A DNA stretch of 64,000 bases, from assembly GCF_964355755.1 (NCBI RefSeq), contig NC_092672.1, positions 30,634,437 to 30,698,436 on the forward strand. The letters run 5' to 3'. The DNA comes from Antedon mediterranea. Its lineage: Eukaryota; Animalia; Echinodermata. Positions 1 through 12,310 of this stretch are shown piece by piece. The notes below the pieces were generated by a model. It worked only from the letters and a program-made list of their open reading frames with translations. It did not search any database and was not told the origin of the DNA. The position numbers were made by a program, and so were the translations under genes. Position 1 is the stretch's first letter. Each line of letters opens with the position of its first letter.

Positions 1-208
1 AAGTCAAGTCGGCCCCAAGTCAAGTCGGCCCCAAGTCAAGTCGGCCCCAAGTCAAGTCGGCCCCAAGTCAAGTCGGCCCCAAGTCAAGTCGGCCCCAAGT
101 CAAGTCGGCCCCACGTCAACTCAGCCCCACGTCAACTCGGCCTCACGTCAACTCGGCCTCACGTCAACTCGGCCTCACGTCAACTCGGCCTCACGTCAAC
201 TCGGCCAA
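1..208. repeat. 16-bp minisatellite (AAGTCAAGTCGGCCCC x7 grading into ACGTCAACTCGGCCTC-type units x6), runs off the window start
   Basis: Direct reading of a 16-nt period; the unit changes at 113; no spacers. Confidence 0.95.
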
Positions 209-217
209 AAAATAATC

Positions 218-778
218 GGTCAACTCGGCCACGTTTAAGTATGGAACGCAAAAAGTGCAAATGAAGGGGATTGATAAAATAATATTTCTTCTTTTTTAAC
301 TATGAATAATTCTGACTTTTAATGAATATTATTATTTAGACAATAATATATTTAGCAAAAAAAATAGGAATGATTTCACCAACTTTCCTTTAATTATTTA
401 CGTTTAATAAAATTTCGTAGCTGAGCCTCCCTGCGCGTTTGCCAGCTTTTTCGATATCTACAACTGCTACGTGTTTTCGCTGACCGGGGGATTCCCCTTT
501 TTTAAAAACGCAAATCATGCACAAAAACGATGTACGATCTTTTTTTCTATGGCCAAATGGTGAAACGTAGGCCTCCGTCTTCGATTTCCTAAAATACGGT
601 ACCTGCACGTGTTTTTTTGTAACACGCGGGTACTTCTATTCATATCGGCAATGAGTTCATTTTTTTATATGATATTATATTTTTTATTTCTTCATTTTTT
701 TTAAAAACGTGGATAGTAAGAATCGTAATAATATTAAGCACTTTTTGCGTTCCATACTTTATTGTGGCCGACTTGACC
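218..778. mobile_element. Non-autonomous inverted-repeat element, or the internal part of one, associated with the minisatellite
   Basis: 218-258 GGTCAACTCGGCCACGTTTAAGTATGGAACGCAAAAAGTGC is the near-perfect reverse complement of 738-778; the arm begins with the minisatellite core. Confidence 0.6.
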
Positions 779-2838
779 TGCACCCGTTCATCATTGTAAA
801 TTGTCAACACACACTGTGCTACAGACAGTGTACCGTGTGTTAAAAGTTAGTAGGCCTTCTTGCTGAACACCCGGCTGAACATCAACAAGATCATTAATAT
901 TAAACAATCATTAACAGTAACAATACTAGAATTATCACTACTATCGTCAGTTGATAAATCATCCCCGTTATCTCGTCAGTCTCCTAGTCTAGGGCTAGTA
1001 GGCCTAGTTCTACTTCATCCTCAATTGGCATCCTCGTTTTCTCCAGGCATACTTATACTGATGTTACCATCACTGCAGGAGGTTGCCGATTGTTATACTC
1101 GTCCTTAAAATGGCGTCTTATGCACGGCTGTTTCAACGCACGTAATGGGCGACATTATTAGTGTTTACAACGCGCTTTTCCTTTTATTCGCTAGCCGCGC
1201 GTTCTCGAACACTTTTTCATTGTTTCCATGCACCGCCGATACTTAGCAACGCTGCATAGTTCCTTCATTACCTTAACATAATAATGCTTTTATATTTATA
1301 TATAGAAATCTAAAATAATTAACAAAATATTTTTTATACTATTTGTTTTACTAAGTTTTCAAGAACATAAAATAATAAACATATTACGAAATTTGTGTTT
1401 GTAGATAAAAATATCGCTACTTTATTGAAGGCCTTACAATACAAAACAATCGACGAAAATAATATTGAAAGCGCCCTCAATTTACTGCAGAAATTTCGTC
1501 AGATTTATCGTTTTCTCGTTCGTCCGTCGAATTTTTTTTCGTAGATTTGTTAAGGAAATAGTAATCTTTAACTATTTAGGTATCAACCTGCAAAATCTCA
1601 GCTTAACGGCAAACCTTCAACTATGTTAAAATTGAGCATATAATAATGGCTATTTTAGTCAATTTGTGACTATTAGGCCTACTGTGTAGGTCTGATAGGC
1701 TTGGTCGTGCGGACTTACACGGTCACAGTAGCCTACCTAGGCTAGTAATAGTAGTAAAGTAGGCCTACATTTTGTTAATTAGGCCTACATATAAAAATTG
1801 TGTTTCGAACATAAAAGTAGGTCTTATACTTATTTTCATTAGTATTACAATTTGTAACATGCCATATTTTTTTAGGAAAATAGGCTTATTCATAATAGGA
1901 TTTAATTTATTACTTTAGGCATCAAGTACAGCTACAGTATCAGTATACCTACTCTACTATGTATGCCCCTATATTTATATAGATAATGGGCCTAGGCTGA
2001 TATGCATGATACTATATTAATTATATGTAGACTTAGAAATAAAACAAAACACTGATTCAATATCCAGTTGATTGTATATTTTGAATTGCATACGATCACT
2101 TTATATAGTATATTTGATCTAGTCTAATAACAATATAATTTAATATTGTTTGTTAAAACTAAAAAAACAATTAGGCCTACAACAATAAATAAAATGTCAT
2201 CACAATCTAGATTAGCTTCAAAATATTAATATTTATATTTTAACGTAAATCTTTTCTTAGAAAAATGTACATAATTCCATGATCTAAAGTCGAAATATGT
2301 CCGGTCTCGTGTCTATTTTCAGTCACTATTGACTTCATTGGTACTTTCTTCTATGAATGGATGAGTAATTGGAAGCATGAACACCAGTTGATAAAACAGT
2401 TCCATTTTGAGTTTGCAATCATTCGTGAAAAGTCAAGTGAAGTCACAAGTCCAAGGAATAAAGGTTTTCATCCTATAAAAAATTTGTACTCAATCAATTG
2501 AAACTAATAAATATTTTACGTACACAGGCTGTAATAATAATCGCAAGCAGTGATGCGCTGGCATTATCTAGACAAGGGGTCAACATGCGTGATGCAAAAA
2601 TAAGAAAAATATTGATTTAGAATAGTGAATAGGTACAGTACGCAAATGCAAGTACAGTATTTATAATTTGAAAGTTGGTTCCTAGTACCTGGTAATATTT
2701 TCCTGTCCCCATTCAATATTGTCTCCCCAACTCGCATCCCTGCACTGTTCACTGGTACCACCCTCTTCCGTACAATGCATTGAGCGATTAACTATTTTGA
2801 ATCCGATCTTAAATCGATCCGTAAATCTTTTTGTATTA

Positions 2839-2999
2839 AGCTCTGTCTACACTATCAAACTTTATGTGACAAAAAAATGTGATGTGTCCATATATAGACA
2901 TGATGGTGTCATATCACTACCATATTTGGGCATATCACTGCCATATTTGGGCACTTAACACTTTTTTTGTCAAACTAGTTTGATAGTGTTGACAGAGCT
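2839..2999. mobile_element. PIF/Harbinger-type MITE
   Basis: TIRs AGCTCTGTCTACACTATCAAACT / AGTTTGATAGTGTTGACAGAGCT; TTA on both flanks (2836-2838, 3000-3002); internal ~21-bp direct repeat. Confidence 0.85.
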
Positions 3000-3725
3000 T
3001 TAGAGATGTATAATTTACGACCTTAACTAGCTTTTGTCGACTATAAATCTTGACATAAATAGGCCTAGGCCCTAGTCTTGAGTCGAGGTCTATATATGGC
3101 GCTACTCTATGGTATTTGTATTGTACCATATAGCCTAGGCTCAATAAATGTATTAATTATTGTTAATGTTAAGTACGCTTCTAGGCCTGTATATTATTAT
3201 AAGTAGAAATGTTTTATTTTTCTTGAACACCAAAAGCCTGAACCTATTTAATTAACAGATCCTGGCCATCAACTAGATAGGCCTACAACAGTCCCCCGAG
3301 TATAGGCTCTAGTGTGTTTAAAGCCAACCCACCTACGTAAAACACGTGGGTTTAGCCATGAAACTTTGAATGATTGGTAAACTGAGCCTAGATCTGCCGT
3401 TAAAACAATTTTAATACTGGGGGTTTGACAACTATTTATGTACCCACAAATGTTTATTTTGGTTCTTTAAAAAATTCAACAGAACGTGGTGAAATTTTTG
3501 CCGTAATCATAAGAAAAAACAACAAAAAAACTATTAAAATATCTCATTATTTCAACTAGGCCTACTCACCACGACCAAAGTCTCAAAATCGATTCCTACA
3601 ACAACCAGGACATTCCTAATGAATATTCATAAGAAATATCACCGATGTCAACAACCAAAGGCTTCTGATTCGTTGATTATATAAGATGTAATTATTTTCG
3701 CTAAATAAAAACAAATCGTTTCCGC

Positions 3726-4535
3726 CAGAGCCATATATATAAAGAGTTACGACATTGAAAATTAGAAGCCATTTTTGTGTCAAAGAATTCGCACGCTGAG
3801 GGCGCACGCGTCTCTTTTGTATAGCGTTTTCCTGTAGTTCCATGCATTATTTTTAGATTTTGTTGTCAATGAAATAACGCTTAGATTCCGTTTTTATTTT
3901 AGTAAATAATGTTATTAATGGTATTAATTTGGTAACATATATATATTGTGTCTATAATAACAAAAGAATAAATGCTAGGGCCTACATGCAAGTCAGGATA
4001 CATCAAAGCATGAACCAGAAACAATACAAAAAACACACAAATTCACCCCTCTTTTTATACAGTATATGGCTCTCTGTATGTTTTTGACACAAAATTTCAG
4101 AGACTCGTTCATCATTTCATTTGTAATAATTTGCCTTTATTATTTTAATATTGTTCATACCTATTCAATATATTAACAAATATATCCACGACACTTTATT
4201 ATTTTATTTAGTCATCAAACATGCATTATGAATTGAAAATATTACATAATTGTTAGTTATGGGATGTTTTGTTCCAAAATCAATCAATCGAACGTTATAA
4301 TGTACTAGCGTACGCGCGCGCAATATTCTTTGACGCAAGTGGTTCTGTACGCTGTGCACGTCGATATTCCACCGTAAAATGTGCAATTACATTTTTTTTA
4401 ATATAAGAAAAAGTTTAAAGTAATTTCTTGCTCCTATACTTTACATGCAGTAACGGAGACAAGTTTGACACAAATTGATCTGCATATCACGTGACTTAAA
4501 TCCAATGTCGTAACTCTTTATATATTATGGCTCTG
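3726..4535. mobile_element. Non-autonomous DNA transposon, P- or hAT-like, 810 bp
   Basis: ~32-bp TIR CAGAGCCATA...AAAGAGTTACGACATTG; exact 8-bp TSD GTTTCCGC at 3718-3725 and 4536-4543. Confidence 0.9.
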
Positions 4536-4873
4536 GTTTCCGCGTTTGTATAGCGCCCGCAATTTGGAAAATATTTCAGTTTTACCGACAGAGGGCTCAC
4601 TACTTTACAGTTTATTTTTAATTTGGTTTTATCGAACTTCCGTTTTATCTGAGCATTATCTGTTTTAATCTAGTCTATCTTTATTTTTATACTCATATAT
4701 TTTTATATTGTATGTTTAATTGTTTTAAGGATGCACCATTATTATGTGTGCCGCTGTTCAAAAAGCGTTTTCCAAATAAATTATTATTATTATTATTATA
4801 TTATTATTACTTTATGTCGCTATGAAACAGCCGTGTATGACATGCTTGTAAAACGAATTGTAAATTCCAAAGC

Positions 4874-5836
4874 TTGCCGGGAAGCAATTTTTTTTTTCGT
4901 ACATAAGTTGGGGACCCCCTTATGAAACGTCACAAAATAAACATGAATAATTCATCAGTTAAATTGTCTTGTTCCGTGTGCACCCAAGCGTATAGCAACA
5001 AGAAGTGATTACACAAGTGCGGTACGATTCTAGGCCTATCTCCGCTGTTGTTGCGGCGTGCGATTTCATAGAAGAATAGATTGTCGAAATAATCAGCCTT
5101 TAGTTTATGGTGTTTTTAATATAATAATATTACTAAAGAATTACGTGTTACAATTATAGTTTCTATTAATACTATTAGGCCTAATTATTAGTCTCTAAAC
5201 CCATGTCTATTCTAGTAGTAGCTATGTGGGTGTGTGTGACGTGTGTGTGTGTTAGGTATGACCAAAGATAGTTACACTATCTTTGGTAATAGTTACACTA
5301 TCTTTGGTATGACACAATCCGAGTAATAAGTCAGCAAAATTAAACAATAAACATTACACAAAAATACATTTTTTTATTCTCGTGGGTCAAATCTTCCCAT
5401 CTCATGTGTTCATATACGCGCATTTTTAAAGTTCCTTTGAGTACATTGCATATTGTTTGATAATAAAATAGCAGAATTAAAAAAAATACAGTACACAAAT
5501 TATACACATTCTTTATTATTGTGGGTCTAAGCTTTCTTTGGGCTATGTCCAATGAATTACTACTTAGTTTAATGTCTTGCCAAGCTGTCGATTAGCCTCG
5601 AATCGACACATTTTGTGTGAAAAAGAGTGCGCGAAGGCAATCACGTGAATTGACTTAGAATCCTAGGCCTACTGTAGAAAGTATCGTATCGCAGTTGTGT
5701 AATCACTTCTTGTTGCTATACGCTTGGGTGCACACGGAACAACAAATTTAACTGATGAATTATTCATGTTTATTTTGTGACGTTTCATGAGGGGTCCCCA
5801 ACTTATGTACGAAAAAAAAAAATCGCTGCCGGGCAA
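4874..5836. mobile_element. Foldback-type element with ~155-bp inverted arms
   Basis: 4874-5029 is the reverse complement of about 5682-5836 (shared CGTACATAAGTTGGGGACCCC...TGCACCCAAGCGTATAGCAACAAGAAGTGATTACACAA); no clear TSD. Confidence 0.75.
5263..5306. mobile_element. Tiny palindromic P-like remnant or footprint with partial duplication
   Basis: CAAAGATAGT-TAC-ACTATCTTTG plus a duplicated right half, flanked by the 7-bp direct repeat GTATGAC (5256-5262, 5307-5313). Confidence 0.65.
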
Positions 5837-6244
5837 CCACCAATTCCACATGTTTCTCGAAAATTCGGAGTATTTCCATGAATTGAATTATAATGCCTTA
5901 GCAAATAGAGTAGGCCTACTTTAAACAACATCAACAACAACGACAACAACAAGACCACATTTTCTTCAATAAAGGCTAAGAAACCAGGCTTTGGCCTAGT
6001 CTAGCCTAGACCTGTTGTGATTGTATATTGAATGGAAATTACAGATTGAGAAATGTGTAATCGATCATGATGGATGGGGAAAATGCCTCCATTATTCATA
6101 AATCAACAATCACAATACTGTACCTACTTCGGTTTACTGGCACCAACTTCTCGCTTTTTTCGGACTGCCACAAACATGTGTCATTATTTAATTGTCTGTC
6201 GTATTACTGTTGGTCCAGACGTTTTATAGATTTGCTTTAACAAC

Positions 6245-6266
6245 CATGGAGGTTTATACCTCCATG
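6245..6266. mobile_element. Tiny palindromic P-like remnant or footprint
   Basis: CATGGAGGT-TTAT-ACCTCCATG; CTTTAAC on both sides (left copy followed by an extra AAC); same termini as 10517-10541. Confidence 0.6.
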
Positions 6267-6326
6267 CTTTAACGTTGAGCAGTATAATATGACCTTATAC
6301 ATTCTGGGTAAAAGGCCAGCGATAAC

Positions 6327-9300
6327 TTTTTAGTCGCGTGGAAGCGACTCTATAGTTCACTATGTCGGTCGGTCGGTCTGTCGGTCCGGTATCACTATGC
6401 GTTTTATCGCTTTCTGACGTTATTATGATGTCAGTTTAATCTAGCTAGGTCAATTTTTCACAGTATATTCCTTATGGCCAGGAATCGATGTGGTTATGTT
6501 TTCACGGTGCGCAATAAAAAATTACGTGGTCTACGCACGATTTAACGAAATCACGTTTGTAATTATATCTTCACAACCATGAATCACAATTAAATAAAAT
6601 TTGGTACTCATAAATTTTCAATAGGGTTGGTGAAATCTGTCCATAATAGGTTACTTTTCTGTCCATAATAGGGGACTTTCTGTCCATAATAGGGACTAGA
6701 GGGCGCTGTTGTTTGTCCATAATAGGTAACTTTCATAATTGGCTGTCCAAAATAGGCGACTTTTTGTCCACAATAGCCGAGTTTATTGGAGTAGTGCGCC
6801 ATCCACTGTGTTGTCCATAATAGGTGATTTTGTTGGCGTACTCTCGTACGTACGTGTAGTTTATTTCGCGAGTAAAAGTAATAGAATTATTAGGCCTAGT
6901 TAATACTAATTTGCTTTCTCTTCAGACTTTGAGGCTACGTCCCTAGGCCTAGCTAGTAGGAGGCCTAATTAGTATAATTATTTAAGTCTATCTAGCCTCT
7001 AGGGGCTAGGCCTAGGCTAGTCCTGTTTTAGTTAGGCTACCTCAGTCAGGCCTACTACTTCTACTACTAGCCTAGGCCTAGCTGGAGTCCATTTGTTATT
7101 GTCCACTAATGAAATGTGAGCAGTAGGAATACAAATGACATGGGCTCATATTAGGTAGATAGGTTTCCTGCTACAAACAACTAGGCCTATCCTCATTATC
7201 TGTTTTTTTTAATTATTTTAATATGAATATTTTACAGACTACTCGTAACTATACTGCCTAACTGCAGGTCAGGTCTGGCGTACTAGTCACTATTCAGTCT
7301 TTTACTAATACCACTACCACCACCGCCCACTACTATACTTTGAAGACCGAAATCAGCTACTACTAGCCTAGTCTACTAGACCTATTGGTAGTTTGTCTTC
7401 AAATGACAGACATCTAGATTGCTAGATTGACCTATTATCATTTTTGTTTTTTTTTATTATTTTTTGAATGAATGAGTCTTATCCAGACAGCTCGGACAGT
7501 TAGTAGGTTGGCAGTATAGTAGAGCCAGAGCTATTGTTACTGTATGTTATTAATTATGTCATCTATTTAAATCTCAATTTTTCCCATATTTTTTGCATGT
7601 ATTAAAGATTGTGTACAGTGTATCTTCTGATCAATGTTATAGTACAGTAGCATGGACATTAACTAGGGTAAGTAACAGATAGGCCCAACCTACAATTGAA
7701 GAAAAATACTTTACATATAACCCACTAGGCCTACATCTTTTAGGACATTTTTCAATATGACCAAGATACTGTAAAATCCCAAGAAGAAGCCTATTTAGAA
7801 AAAGTATTTGTTTGCAAAAGTAATCTTCGGAAAAGAAGGATACAATTTAGTCAAACATTTTCAGAGAGACAAACTGAATTTTATCAGTACCGTAGTAGAA
7901 AAACTGACAATACATGACAATTAATTTTTAACATTCTGATTTGAAATGTTCTATTCATTTGAATTGCTAAGAAATTAAAAGTAGATATTTTTTTTTCCCA
8001 TTCATTATAAACATTACAATCACAGTACAAAGAATAGATAAATCCACTAACAAATTCATGCAGAAAATATTTCAAAATTTAATTGAATGTTATATTATTA
8101 AAGCATTCATTCAATAAAGCATTTGTCTTTAAAACATTTAATATCAGTTTTCATATAGTGAGTATGGTAATAATTGACAACTGGTATAAACTTAAATTTA
8201 GTAAAACAATCCTACATATCTTTTTTTAAATGCAATAAAATATTTAAACATAACTGTGTCCCACCATACAACATGAAAATTTGTCTCAGCATTACTAAGA
8301 TTGAAGTTACTTGCATTATACAATACCTAAACATTATTATAGTATTTAAATGCTTCCTTTTTTTATTATAGACATACAGATGTTTGATATTCTGCTCATA
8401 TACAGTATGCTGCTGAAATGAAAAAGTACATCACTTCAACATATTATTTTTGATCATAAACATCGATCAATAATTATAGTAATAAACATAATAATGGTGT
8501 ATTTTAGTTATCCTTGCTATTTTTAAAGTTGTAGTTTAACCATGTTTTTACACTTTTAAAATTAATATAATTATTTTTTAAATGTGATTTAGATTTTGAA
8601 AAAAACTGTTCTGAATACAGAACAAAGGTGTTGATTGTACACTGCGTGTATGTAAACTTGATTTATTGTCGTATTTCTAATTATTATTAAACATTAAAAT
8701 TGATTCATTTAATTAAACAATATAATAAATGGATGAGATGTGCTGCTGTTGATCCACTTTAGACAGGGATGGTTTGTCATTGAGCTATGTGGATCCAGCA
8801 TTTTGAAATAGGGGAGGACCTAAAATGACGAAATGAAGTGCTGAACTGTGATGTCTTTTTCAATATTAAATTGATAAAGTGGATTTTTATTATTAACAAA
8901 ACAAAATAAAGTCCAAAGAAAAAAAAATACAACAATTACATTGAAACACCAATGCATTAAAAATAACAGTTTACATTTTCATTATCTTAAAAAAATAAAA
9001 CTTTATCAATATTATTATTAGAGTATTAAGGGGTATTTTTTATTTTTTTGTAAAAGAAAAGGTGGGTTGGGTGATTTATAGTATGGTAAGTTGCGTAATG
9101 TCTGTCCGTACTATCAAACCTAAAATGAAGTTCAAATTAAATTATTTGTTGCTGAATAAATTTCACATTTCATTATTATTAGTGGAAAATAACAAATGGA
9201 CTAGAACTCGGCCTAGGCTAGTAGTATTAGTAGGCCTATAGAGGTAGCCTAACTAACAGGACTAGCCTAGGCCTAGGCTAGAAAGACTTAAATATTTATA

Positions 9301-10106
9301 CTAATTAGGCCTCCTAGGTAGCCTCGAAGTCTGAACAGAAAGCAAATTAGTATTACTTCTACTCGCGAAATAAACTACACGTACGTACGAGAGTACGCCA
9401 ACAAAATCACCTATTATGGACAACACAATGGATGGCGCACTACTCCAATAAACTCGCCTATTGTGGACAAAAAGTCACCTATTTTGAACAGCCAATTATG
9501 AAAGTCACCTATTATGGACAAACAACAGCGCCCTCTAGTCCCTATTATGGACAGAAAGTAACCTATTATGGACAGAAAAGTAACCTATTATGGACAGATT
9601 TCACCAACCCCACTCTAAATTTCAGGGCATAAATCATCATATGGCAATACAATTACGTGCGTAGCGCATGTAACGCATGCGTACGCGCGCTTAAAATTTT
9701 CAAAATTTATTTTCGATGAAATAAGAGTACGTTTCAGGCAATTTTAAGCGTTTACAAAATTGCCATGAGTGCGCATATTTTTGCGCGCGCACTGCGCGTT
9801 AAATGTTATTGCGCACTCTTTTTGCCCGATTTCTGTTTTCTTGACTTACTTTTCAACTCGAAATTACGTTATACGAGCACGTCAAAAGTGACGCACGTAT
9901 AAATTAAAAAAATATAAATGTTTTTAAACATTTCAACATTTTTAAACATGTTCAGTAATTTCGGTCAGTATAGTTCACTATGTCGGTCGGTCGGTCGGTC
10001 TGTCTGTCTGTCTGTCGGTCTGTCTGTCTGTCGGTCTGTCGGTCTGTCTGTCGGTCCGGTATCACTATGCATTGTAGCACGCGACTTAATGGCTGTTGGC
10101 CTTGTT
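6327..10106 (+). mobile_element. DINE-1/HINE-like (Helentron-associated) non-autonomous element, split by a 3-kb insertion
   Basis: 5' T-run then AGTCGCGTG with short hairpin AGTCGC-N6-GCGACT; (GTCG/GTCT)n microsatellites; 3' subterminal inverted repeat CACGCGACT and small stem-loop GGC-TGTTG-GCC; segments 6327-6620 and 9612-9970 are collinear with the uninterrupted copy at 19873-20539. Confidence 0.75.
6624..9610. mobile_element. Long-TIR (foldback/Mutator-like) non-autonomous element with ~450-500 bp arms
   Basis: GGGTTGGTGAAATCTGTCCATAATAGG at 6624 and its exact reverse complement ending at 9610; arms about 6624-7119 and 9162-9610 carry repeated CTATTATGGACA motifs; no coding capacity inside. 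Confidence 0.85.
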
Positions 10107-10516
10107 GGTTATAGTTGAAAAACAACACTGTGTGTGGTCGATGACCTAGCTCCTGGGATCACGGCCAACGGTTTTTTAAAGTAATCATTCAAAATCTAGA
10201 GTTTGTAAGTAAAAGACACCTTTCATCGCAATTTATATATTCAATGCTTCAATAGTAAGATTAGTATAATATAATGTCGAAGGAAGACGCCTTGTTGAAG
10301 ATCCGAGAAATAGATGAAGAAGTGGCCAACATTTTAACAGGTTCGTGAATAATAATTATATTTTAATCTGCCAGCAGTCTAGGCCTAGCCTAGGCACCGG
10401 CCAAGGCCTCCTTCCTAGTTAGTAATACTGTAGGCCTAGAACTAGTAGGTCTAGCCTACTATGCCTGTACTGACAGGTGTATAGGTTTAGCTTAGCATTT
10501 TAGTTCCGACATTGAC

Positions 10517-10541
10517 CATGGAGGTATAAAATACCTCCATG
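10517..10541. mobile_element. Tiny palindromic P-like remnant or footprint
   Basis: CATGGAGGTAT-AAA-ATACCTCCATG flanked by the exact 7-bp repeat CATTGAC (10510-10516, 10542-10548). Confidence 0.75.
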
Positions 10542-11200
10542 CATTGACAGAGGGGACAAATATTGTCGGACCTATTTCAGCTAGGTATAAGGCCTAATAA
10601 TAGATAATATAATGTAACAGTTTTATTTTGTAATGTAGCCATGAAATATCTACGAAGGATTTGTTTTAAGGTAGATGTATGAATAACTAAGTCAAGTGTT
10701 TAATTATATTTTATTTGTTTTGTCATTATTTTAATTAAAGCCCTCATGTTTATATACACATATTCCAATGAGAAATATGACATTTAAAAACACTTCTTTA
10801 TATTTAATTAATTGTACACACTAAGTGATCACATCGATATTGAAACTTAATGTTTTTAACTCTAAATTTAAAAAAAACATACTAAAAAAACAAACAAAAA
10901 ACATACGTACTGCATAACTAAAATTGTTATATTAAATTTCTTTAAAAAAAAACTGTGTTATTTACAATATCATAAATTATTTTTTAGGTAATTGAAGAAG
11001 TTCGAAGGATAATAGGCAAAGAGGAATGAAAAAAAAAAGAAAGCTTTTTAAAAAAGTGCCTAGCAAATTTTTCCAAAGAAGTGAATAATATAGTTTATTT
11101 TGGTATTTTAAAGAGAAACACCAGTCCTCCATCTGGTAAGTACAGTGTATGTTTTTATACTTTTATCTATTCATAAATAGTTTTATAATGGACCAATGGT

Positions 11201-11713
11201 AGTGACTCGCTGCTTCTACATCAGCCTAAGTCTCACCACTCATGGGGTGACAGAGCATTCTCCGTTACTGCTCCTCGTCTGTGGAATGCTCTACCGAGCT
11301 CTATAAGATTTTGCAAAACTGTTGATACTTTTAAAAAATTATTAAAAACACATTTATTCATTAAGGCATATGGAAATCATGAGGTTTCTTAAAGTTGTTT
11401 AGACTTAGAATTGTTTTTTATACCTTTTCCTGGCCAGCATTATCTTTGGGGTGCCTCTGTCTTGGTTGTTGTCTCTGAGCACCCGGTCGTCTGTGGCAAG
11501 GCAAATGTGTATCCTGCTCCTTTGTTTGGTCACCTAGGTAGGGGTTCGGGACCGCGACAGAATGACAACGGATGGGGACCCTACAAAGAAATTGCATTTT
11601 ATTTGTCAGGAATTTGTATGATTTATTTCTTTTTTATTTTTAAATGCGCCTTGAGCACTCTGGAGTGGTATGTGCGCTATAAAAATCTTATTATTATTAT
11701 TATTATTATTATT
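11201..11713 (+). mobile_element. L2-type LINE 3' fragment (ORF2 C-terminus, 3'UTR, (ATT)n tail)
   Basis: 11201-11392 translates as SDSLLLHQPKSHHSWGDRAFSVTAPRLWNALPSSIRFCKTVDTFKKLLKTHLFIKAY..., a typical L2 ORF2 end; GCGCCTTG...GCGCTATA terminal motif, then an ATT repeat. Confidence 0.85.
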
Positions 11714-12134
11714 CCTCAAACTTTGTTTACTCGACAGACGACCATACTTGGCAGTAGCAGCTACCTATGTATGGTACCAATCGAGTTTTTTAGGGGCTAT
11801 AGCAATTACCTTTATATATTTACTGTATATTGTACTTACTATCTTTTCTTATCTTTCCAGATGGAATATTGACTTGTTGTGGCAAGAAACGCAAGGAATT
11901 AACTGATTTTACAGCATTATCAAATAAAACACTGTACTGTAACAATTATATATCTATATACTGTAATTTTATATTTATTTAATTTCTTGCTGAATGAAAA
12001 TATATGAATTAAATGTACACTTGTATCAATGCTATTTTTTATATTACACACATAGTCAACCATTTTAAAACATAACGGGTAATGCAGCATTGGCCTATTT
12101 TTGTTCACCCTTTATTTATTTATTATTAATTTTG

Positions 12135-12310
12135 AAATTTGTTTTCACTTCTTAAAATCCATCGAAAAAAACACCACAGTGTATAAGCATAGGCGTTTGT
12201 CACCGGCGTTTGTCACCGGCGTTTTTTTCGCGGTGCAGTCGCGGCGCCTATGCTTATTATAGTTATACACTCTTTTTTTTTCGATGTATTTTAAACAGTG
12301 ACAAACATTT
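12135..12310. mobile_element. Short degenerate hairpin/MITE-like element
   Basis: Left TTAAAATCCATCGAAAAAAA...GTGTATAAGCATAGGCG pairs with right CGCCTATGCTTA...TATACAC...TTTTTTTCGATGTATTTTAA; central 14-bp tandem GGCGTTTGTCACC. Confidence 0.55.

Noticed and set aside
6608-9632. Twin ORFs with YYGQK repeats (6608-6802, 9432-9632)
   Set aside because: They are translations of the CTATTATGGACA motifs in the two arms of a foldback element.
11411-11906. Hydrophobic 153-aa and 78-aa ORFs
   Set aside because: They run through an L2 3'UTR and (ATT)n tail; the I/L runs are microsatellite translations.
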